A stretch of 64,000 nucleotides of DNA from Gammaproteobacteria bacterium (GTDB lineage: Bacteria; Pseudomonadota; Gammaproteobacteria; Arenicellales; JAJDZL01), in NCBI GenBank assembly GCA_022823625.1, contig JAJEHQ010000036.1, positions 1,032 through 65,031 on the forward strand. Direction: 5' to 3'. The notes beneath the pieces were generated by a model. It worked only from the letters and a program-made list of their open reading frames with translations, made no database searches and had not been told where the DNA came from. Numbering within the stretch: the stretch's first letter is position 1; each line of letters begins with the position of its first letter. The position numbers and the translations under genes were made by a program. Shown here in pieces: positions 57,433 to 64,000 of the stretch.

Positions 57433-59309
57433 TTGGGTTTGTCAAAAAAGTTGTTAGAAACCGTCTCGCTGGTCTGGGCCTGGTAGTCCTGTTTGGCATT
57501 ATTCTGTTGGCAATACTGACTCCACTGCTTCCGCTTGCTCCTCCGAATGCAATAGATACCCCGAATCGTTTTGTTTTGCCGTTTAGCGACAACGCTCTGT
57601 TAGGAACGGATCATCTGGGCCGGGACCTTCTTTCAAGACTTCTCTGGGGAACCCAGCTGAGTCTAGCAGTCGGGCTAGCGGCTGCGTTCATCGCTGGGTT
57701 TTTTGGCGCTTTGCTAGGTATTGTAGCTGGCTACATGGGAGGTCGGACTGATTCCTTGATCATGCGTTCGGTCGACATTCTGATGGCATTTCCATACATT
57801 CTCCTCGCACTTGCAATTGTCGCCGCTTTGGGTCCGGGACTGATGAACGCGCTCATAGCGGTCGCAGTTGTGAACATTCCTTTTTTTGCACGAAATGTCC
57901 GCGGTGTAGCGGTTACACTTGCCCAAGCCGATTTTATCCAGTCGGCCCGATTGTCAGGTCGAAGTGATATCTCTATTCTGGTTTTCGAATTACTCCCAAA
58001 CGTCGCTTCGGTGATCATCATCGCGTTCTCAACCACGGTCGGTTGGATGATTCTGGAAACCGCGGGACTTTCATTTCTGGGTTTGGGTTCTCAACCTCCT
58101 CAGGCAGATCTGGGGTCGATGCTGGGAGAAGGCAGAGCCGCGCTGATCACCAATCCGCATACTTCAATTATTCCAGGAATCATGATATTCCTCATTGTGA
58201 TGGGAATAAATCTATTGGGAGACGGCATTCGCGATGCGTTGGACCCGCGTTTGGCCAAAGGTCGGCTTGAGAAACCTTCCCCGCTTACCCGTGTAGGCGA
58301 CGGCCTGATACAGAGTCCACCGATCGACAGTACTGCCAGTAAAGCTGTCATGGATGTCAATCACTTATCGACAAATTTCGAAGTTAGCGAGGTGGTCAAC
58401 AAAGCAGTTCGCGATGTCAGTTTCTCGATCAGCTCCGGTGAGTGTCTTGGATTGGTAGGGGAGAGTGGGTCTGGGAAATCGGTAACTGCTCTTTCATTGA
58501 CGCGACTGGTGGCATCTCCACCGGGCGTCGTGGTTTCCGGGTCGGTTCGAATTTCAGACCAGGAACTGATCAGTTTGCCGTATGAGGGTATACGAGCCAT
58601 ACGCGGTCGGAGAGTTGCATACATATTTCAGGATCCATTGACCAGTCTGCATCCATTGCATCGAATCGGCCATCAATTGACAGAAGCCATGTCGACGCAC
58701 AGTCGAGGCGCCGATTCGGTATTTGTCGAACGAGCAAAAAATTTGCTTTCTGAGGTCCGAATTCCAAATCCTGAACGTGTTATGGATGCCTATCCCCATG
58801 AACTCTCCGGCGGGATGAGACAGCGCATCGGGATTGCAATGGCATTGGCTAATGATCCCGACCTAATCATTGCAGACGAACCGACTACAGCGCTAGATGT
58901 GACTGTCCAGGCACAAATTCTAACCATCCTGAATGATCTGCGACAGCAGCGAGGTTTATCTATACTGTTTATTTCACATGATTTGAATGTGATGGCGCAA
59001 ATTTGTGACAGAGTTGCGGTGATGTATGCCGGTGAGATTGTTGAAATGGGTAGGGCACCGGATATTCTCGAACACCCGAAGCATCCATATACCGCCGCGT
59101 TGCTGGCTTGCAGTCCTCAAATTGGACAAGGACGGCAAAGCCTGCAGCCAATTACGGGCATGCCGCCGACCGGTCATGAACCGTTGAATGCGTGTGCGTT
59201 TGCTAATCGGTGCAGCCGTGTTCAACCAGTCTGTCAACAACAGCCCGTGGAAATTATCGATATGGATTCTCAATTGGTTCGTTGTTTGTTCCCCGTTGTG
59301 GAATCATGA
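57429..59309 (+). CDS. Fused peptide ABC permease (DppC-like) and ATPase (DppD-like)
   Basis: LGTDHLGRD...GDGIRDALDPR, then GESGSGKS, LSGGMRQR, DEPTTALD, HPYT in one frame. Confidence 0.9.
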   Translation: MIGFVKKVVRNRLAGLGLVVLFGIILLAILTPLLPLAPPNAIDTPNRFVLPFSDNALLGTDHLGRDLLSRLLWGTQLSLAVGLAAAFIAGFFGALLGIVAGYMGGRTDSLIMRSVDILMAFPYILLALAIVAALGPGLMNALIAVAVVNIPFFARNVRGVAVTLAQADFIQSARLSGRSDISILVFELLPNVASVIIIAFSTTVGWMILETAGLSFLGLGSQPPQADLGSMLGEGRAALITNPHTSIIPGIMIFLIVMGINLLGDGIRDALDPRLAKGRLEKPSPLTRVGDGLIQSPPIDSTASKAVMDVNHLSTNFEVSEVVNKAVRDVSFSISSGECLGLVGESGSGKSVTALSLTRLVASPPGVVVSGSVRISDQELISLPYEGIRAIRGRRVAYIFQDPLTSLHPLHRIGHQLTEAMSTHSRGADSVFVERAKNLLSEVRIPNPERVMDAYPHELSGGMRQRIGIAMALANDPDLIIADEPTTALDVTVQAQILTILNDLRQQRGLSILFISHDLNVMAQICDRVAVMYAGEIVEMGRAPDILEHPKHPYTAALLACSPQIGQGRQSLQPITGMPPTGHEPLNACAFANRCSRVQPVCQQQPVEIIDMDSQLVRCLFPVVES

Positions 59310-60271
59310 CTGAACAGATTCTGAAAGTTCGAAATCTTTCCAAATCATTCCCTGTCAACCGCGGATGGTTCGGATTTAACAAACGGCAACTACGTGCCGT
59401 TCGTGCCGTTTCCTTGTCAGTTCACAAAGGTGATACACTTGGCGTTATCGGTGAATCAGGCTGTGGAAAAACAACACTTGCGCGAATGCTGGTTGGTCTG
59501 CAATCGCCTGATGCAGGTGAGATACTCATTGACAGGCAGCATCTTCATATGCTAGACTCGGTTCAAAGAGGGCGTGCGGTTCAATATGTATTCCAAGACC
59601 CGATCAGTTCACTGAACCCTAGAATGACTATTGGCAAGTCGCTGGAAACGCCTTTACGCTGTCTTCATAGCCTCACATCCGCTCAAAGAAAGGCAGCAAT
59701 AATTGACATCATTGATGCTGTCAAGTTGCCAGTCGATTCTCTCGCACGCTATCCGCATGAGTTTTCTGGCGGACAGGCACAACGCATTGCCATTGCGCGA
59801 GCCCTGCTGGCACAGTCGCCTCTTATCGTTCTTGACGAACCGGTGTCGGCGCTTGATGTATCTGTACAAGCACAAATTATTGAGTTACTGACAGAAATCA
59901 AGCAAAAATTCGACCTAACCTATATTTTCATCAGTCATGATCTTTCCGTAATTGAAGCAGTCTGTGACCAAATCGCTGTGATGTATTTTGGTGAAATCGT
60001 TGAGTACGGTGATTGCAGTCAGATATTGATGGACCCCAAACATCCCTATACAAGGTTACTGGCATCCAGCGCTCCGCAAATTGGCAAATTGCTTACGGCT
60101 GAATCAGGTATCGGGCAATTGCCAGACCCATTGGATCCACCTGGTGGATGTAGTTTTGCGGCCAGATGTCGCTATGCAACCAACGAATGCATTCAACTAC
60201 CGACTCCGAGAAAAAAAACTGGAAACTCGAACTATGCCATCTGCCACCACCCCATATTAAACCATGAGTAA
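59306..60271 (+). CDS. Peptide ABC ATPase (DppF-like)
   Basis: GESGCGKT, FQDP, FSGGQAQR, DEPVSALD, PPGGCSF. Confidence 0.92.
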   Translation: MTEQILKVRNLSKSFPVNRGWFGFNKRQLRAVRAVSLSVHKGDTLGVIGESGCGKTTLARMLVGLQSPDAGEILIDRQHLHMLDSVQRGRAVQYVFQDPISSLNPRMTIGKSLETPLRCLHSLTSAQRKAAIIDIIDAVKLPVDSLARYPHEFSGGQAQRIAIARALLAQSPLIVLDEPVSALDVSVQAQIIELLTEIKQKFDLTYIFISHDLSVIEAVCDQIAVMYFGEIVEYGDCSQILMDPKHPYTRLLASSAPQIGKLLTAESGIGQLPDPLDPPGGCSFAARCRYATNECIQLPTPRKKTGNSNYAICHHPILNHE

Positions 60272-61010
60272 ACTAAAACAGCATCAAAGCGTACCAATTC
60301 ATGTTGCCGAAGTTATCAAGGGTTATGTTGTTGACAATTGCATGAACCCTGGGGACAGACTGCCAGCGGAGGCCGAACTGATGAAACAGTTCAATAGATC
60401 GAGGGGTACGATCCGCGAGGCAATGCGAATTCTTGAGGCACAAGGTCTTGTCAAGACTCGGACTGGACCAGGTGGTGGCTGTTTTGTTCATGAAGTTTCC
60501 GAGGAGCGCACCTCAGCGCTTCTATCAAATTATTTTTACTTTAGAAATTTAACGATTTCAGACATTTATCAGTTACGTAAACAGCTTGAACCTGAACTCG
60601 TCGCTAATTTAGCTGGAACATTGAATCAACAGCAGATTCAAGAACTCGAAGAAATCACCAGAGAGTATGAAACGCCCCCGAAAACTGCGGAAGAAGACAG
60701 GAATCATCATCGGTCGTCACTCAAATTTCATGCCCAGCTGGCTGAATATTCCTCCAACAAACTGTTGGGATTTTTCGTGCGATTCATGGCGAATCTGCTC
60801 GCCGAGCTGACGATTACGAGGCGATTGTATGAACCATCGAACTTCGAGTTATGGCGGGAAGGGCGTGAACACCAGTTGAATCTCATCCATGCGTTGAAAG
60901 TTGGTGACCGACAGCAGTGCAGACAGATAATGCTGGACCATATGATTCTTGCTGAAAAACTGATGCAGTCGCAGGAAGAACAGCCCATTCAGAAATTCAG
61001 CCAGTTCTAG
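60264..61010 (+). CDS. GntR/FadR-family regulator (FCD domain)
   Basis: PGDRLPAEAEL, SRGTIREA, GPGGG, FH...N, LDH. Confidence 0.92.
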   Translation: MSKLKQHQSVPIHVAEVIKGYVVDNCMNPGDRLPAEAELMKQFNRSRGTIREAMRILEAQGLVKTRTGPGGGCFVHEVSEERTSALLSNYFYFRNLTISDIYQLRKQLEPELVANLAGTLNQQQIQELEEITREYETPPKTAEEDRNHHRSSLKFHAQLAEYSSNKLLGFFVRFMANLLAELTITRRLYEPSNFELWREGREHQLNLIHALKVGDRQQCRQIMLDHMILAEKLMQSQEEQPIQKFSQF

Positions 61011-61036
61011 CCAGACTTTACTGAGTTCGGACTAAG

Positions 61037-61335
61037 TGGTCGTCCTTGAATAAATTGATTTTCGAGGTGGCGGAAGTCCAACTCTCGGAAGCTGAGACGG
61101 CCTTATGTCGCGCTCAACGCCGCGAAGTTGCAATCTACCCGCCAGATCCCGTTTCGGGCGAACAGTCCGGCGCAAAACCAAGCGACAAAAATCGGGTGCG
61201 GCGGTCCCTCAAGCGTTTCAGGATCAGCCGTAGATTGTGTCCGACACAGCTCAGCAGCACATTCATGCTGTCGCCTTCGGCGCCCTTCAGATGACTGAGT
61301 CCCAACCTACCGTCAAGCTTCAGATGGCCATGATG
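61037..61335 (-). mobile_element. IS5-family remnant (transposase C-terminus and probable terminal repeat)
   Basis: GHLKLDGRLGLSHLKGAEGDSMNVLLSCVGHNLRLILKRLR resembles IS5-family C-termini; putative end TTCAAGGACGACCA on the minus strand at 61050-61037. Confidence 0.7.
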
Positions 61336-61362
61336 TAGACAACGGTTTATTTTTCCCCATAA

Positions 61363-61815
61363 CCAGCGGTTGAAAATACCCAATTCGGGGTGTTGCGAGT
61401 GATGTCAGAGATATGGGAGGCCGATGCGAGCGATTATGCGAAGTGGATGAATGAGATTCGGGTGTTGCCATAGCGTCAACAGCGTGAGTTATCGGCCAGT
61501 TTGAGGGAATATTTTGTGAATGTGAGTAAAGTAAATAAAATGACGGTAGTACGCAAGGTGAGAGAGATGCACCTGGGAGATGAATACATGCAGCACGAAT
61601 TGGAACTATTGGGAGATTTATCGAATGAGACGGTCGACTCCGCCGCCAGAAAGGCCCGAAAGATAGGACTTGAACAGGGACTTGAGAAAGGTCGCAGAGA
61701 GACCGCTTATGAAAAGGCAAAACGATTGATTCAACGTGGTTATCCAGATGAAGAAATTCAGGAGATCACTAAGCTATCTCCAGATGAAATACTAAAAATC
61801 AAAAAAGGTTGCTGA
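61363..61815 (+). pseudogene. Rpn/YhgA-like (PD-(D/E)xK) protein C-terminal remnant
   Basis: IGLEQGLEKGRRETAYEKAKRLIQRGYPDEEIQEITKLS tail; the frame extends upstream through an in-frame TAG at 61471-61473. Confidence 0.6.
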
Positions 61816-62072
61816 TTGCTAGTGACAATGGTTCGAGTGAATTGGGGTGGTAAACGATTCCTCGGAACCATATCTCGGCAAGTTCCAGAATGGCGCAGTC
61901 ACAATTTCTCCAGAAGTCATTCTGGTCTTTACTTCTAGCACTTTAGCAATCGTTAAGAAACGACTAAGCCCTTTTTAGTGTTCCTGACACCACTCAAAAG
62001 GTATCGAGACAACCTTTTCCTATTCAAGCGTAAGTGAATTGATCCGTGCTAATAAACAAAGTAGGGAGTGCT

Positions 62073-62558
62073 TCACAATAGTTTCATCATGGTTTCCGCG
62101 TCACTAACTTCAAATTTTCCAGGTTTTTCGCGGTTATAGGCAGTTACCACACCGTCTTCAACGAGCATAGCGTATCTGTCAGATCGGATGCCAAAACCAC
62201 ATTCAGTTAAATCGAGTGTTGTGCCTAACTTGGATGTGAATTCTGCACTGCCGTCGGCCAGCATCAGAATATTTTCGGCATTGTGTGAATCCCCCCAAGC
62301 TCCCATGACAAATGCATCGTTGACTGAGAGGCAGGCAATCGTGTCGACACCCTTGGCCAGAATATCGTCGGCATGAACAACGTAGCTAGGTAGATGTGCC
62401 GCTGAACAAGTAGGTGTATAAGCACCAGGCAACGCGAATAAAATCACTTTTTTTCCATTAAAGATTTCTGATGTAGTAATTTTGGCCGGACCGCCTTCGG
62501 ACATGTAGTACAAATCGGCTTCGGGTAGTTTATCGCCAACCTTTATTTCGCTTGACAT
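62073..62558 (-). CDS. Peroxiredoxin, Prx5 type
   Basis: LPGAYTPTCSAAHLP, SVNDAFVM, LADG, RYAM. Confidence 0.94.
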   Translation of the reverse strand: MSSEIKVGDKLPEADLYYMSEGGPAKITTSEIFNGKKVILFALPGAYTPTCSAAHLPSYVVHADDILAKGVDTIACLSVNDAFVMGAWGDSHNAENILMLADGSAEFTSKLGTTLDLTECGFGIRSDRYAMLVEDGVVTAYNREKPGKFEVSDAETMMKLL

Positions 62559-62806
62559 GGTAATGTTCTCCGTTATGCTGGATTAATGGTGAATGAGCGA
62601 ATTATCATACTACGATTGAAGTCCTAATTCGAGTTGAATCAGACCATTCCGAAATTTGATGGTGAATACGATATATTTCAGTTCGGCTTATCGAGGGTTG
62701 CCAGATTCGTACTCTACATTGCACCTCTTTTAGCCAAAAAATAGCTATCCTCTTTTGATTAAGTTCTTCATAAACTGTTGATATTCCTTTTAATCGAAGG
62801 CTCTTC

Positions 62807-64000
62807 ATGAACTCTGAACTCAAAAAACTACTTGAGCAACATCCGAATCTTGAATATGTCGACGCGATTCTTCCAGATCTTAATGGGTACATTCGAGGCA
62901 AGCGTTATCCAGTCCAAATGGCGTACAAGATTTACAGTTCTGGTGTTCAAATGCCTGAAAGTGTAGTTTTACTCGACACAATGGGTGAAAGTTCCGACCC
63001 TAGTGGTCGTGGGTTTTCCGATGGTGATCCGGATGGTACATTGCGACCGATTCCTGGTACTACTCGGCACGTGCCATGGGGTGATGGGAAAACAGCTCAG
63101 GTACTTATGAGATTGGAAACTGACGATGGTTCTCCCTGTCCTGTTGAACCGCGTACGATTGCCTCTCGAATTGTTGACAAGTTCAATGAACTGGGATTTC
63201 AGTCGAATATCGCTTTCGAACTTGAATTTTATTTGATTCAGAAAGATCTGGACTCTCAAGGGTATCCAAAATCTATCGATGTTGAAGACCCAAAGGACTT
63301 GTCAGGGGCTACACAGGTTTATTTGCTTGATGATTTGGATTTACGCGCTGATTTTCTGCGTAAAGTTTCCGAAGTTTGTGCAATTCAAGACATTCCCGCA
63401 TCGGTCATAACATCGGAATACTCACCCGCACAATACGAAATCAACCTAGACCACGTCAAAGACCCATTGCTGGCCGCCGATCATTGCATCTTACTGAAGC
63501 GAGCGATTTGCGGTTCAGCTGCGGATTTTGGAATGCGGGCGACGTTTATGCCAAAACCATTTGCTGACTACAGTGGCAATGGCATGCATATTCATTTGAG
63601 TCTGGAAGACGACAAGGGGCATAACCTATTTTGTGGAGAGACCGAACTGGGGAGCGACTTGATGCACCATGCGATAGGTGGATTGCTCGAAACCATACCT
63701 GATATGTTCTCTATTTTTGCACCAGGACGAAACTCATACCGTCGATTTGTTCCAGACATGTTTGTGCCAGTCAACAAGACTTGGGGTTATAACAATCGTT
63801 CGGTCACCATTCGAATTCCTGCAGGTGATGAACGTGCCAGGCGCTTGGAACATCGAATTGCTGGAGCGGATGCCAATCCTTATCTGGTTCTAGCTGCGGT
63901 GCTTGCTGGCGTTCACTATGGTATCAGCCATAAAATTGACCCAGGTGAGGCTTCATTAGGGGTGAATATGAGCGGAGAAACTGATGAGTCCATACCGTTT
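62807..64000 (+). CDS. Glutamine synthetase family protein (gamma-glutamyl-amine ligase, PuuA/PauA-like), partial
   Basis: Not in the ORF track. ATG 62807: MNSELKKLLEQHPNLEYVDAILPDLNGYIRGKR...DGDPD...FELEFYL...SEYSPAQYEINL...FMPKPF...SGNGMHIHLS...NSYRRF...WGYNNRS...LEHRIAGADANPY. Confidence 0.9.
   Translation, partial: MNSELKKLLEQHPNLEYVDAILPDLNGYIRGKRYPVQMAYKIYSSGVQMPESVVLLDTMGESSDPSGRGFSDGDPDGTLRPIPGTTRHVPWGDGKTAQVLMRLETDDGSPCPVEPRTIASRIVDKFNELGFQSNIAFELEFYLIQKDLDSQGYPKSIDVEDPKDLSGATQVYLLDDLDLRADFLRKVSEVCAIQDIPASVITSEYSPAQYEINLDHVKDPLLAADHCILLKRAICGSAADFGMRATFMPKPFADYSGNGMHIHLSLEDDKGHNLFCGETELGSDLMHHAIGGLLETIPDMFSIFAPGRNSYRRFVPDMFVPVNKTWGYNNRSVTIRIPAGDERARRLEHRIAGADANPYLVLAAVLAGVHYGISHKIDPGEASLGVNMSGETDESIPF

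Noticed and set aside
57429-59309. Permease-ATPase fusion as a novelty
   Set aside because: Such fusions are well known among peptide ABC transporters.
62605-63893. Several short ORFs listed at the window end
   Set aside because: Shadows or off-frame pieces of the glutamine-synthetase-family gene starting at 62807.
1-64000. CRISPR arrays, tRNA, rRNA, prophage, retron or other RT genes
   Set aside because: No regularly spaced repeats, cloverleaf or rRNA signatures, phage genes or RT motifs seen by eye; short or degenerate RNAs could have been missed.

Overview
Gene-dense bacterial chromosome segment of moderate GC, most likely a gammaproteobacterium (yicC-gmk, bepA, rpiA, dsrEFH). An ankyrin-repeat protein, two AAA/DUF4143 genes, IS1595 and an Rpn-like remnant suggest a host-associated, possibly marine-invertebrate, lifestyle (inference only). 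Main blocks: (1) housekeeping genes and a DegQ plus two-component unit; (2) a methanopterin/methanofuran C1 cluster (citG-like, fae, pcbD, a FolK-FolP fusion, and convergent DUF447/orf20-like/afpA-like genes); (3) SCO/PCuAC copper chaperones head-to-head with a compact dsrEFHCMK operon that has no dsrAB, dsrL or dsrJOP at this locus; (4) a NERD-helicase and an AAA gene beheaded by an IS1595 element with no target duplication; (5) a hook-less Mre11/Rad50-like pair; (6) a ~20 kb catabolic region with a PhyH dioxygenase, two DUF1028 paralogues, OYE, an unusual double-ferredoxin/PDR fusion, SDR, a TTT transporter, an amidohydrolase, a peptide ABC transporter and a GntR regulator with a 32-bp perfect palindrome; (7) IS5 and Rpn remnants, Prx5 and a glutamine-synthetase-family gene running off the end. 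I saw no rRNA, tRNA or CRISPR array. All family calls come from motif recognition by eye; no searches were run.
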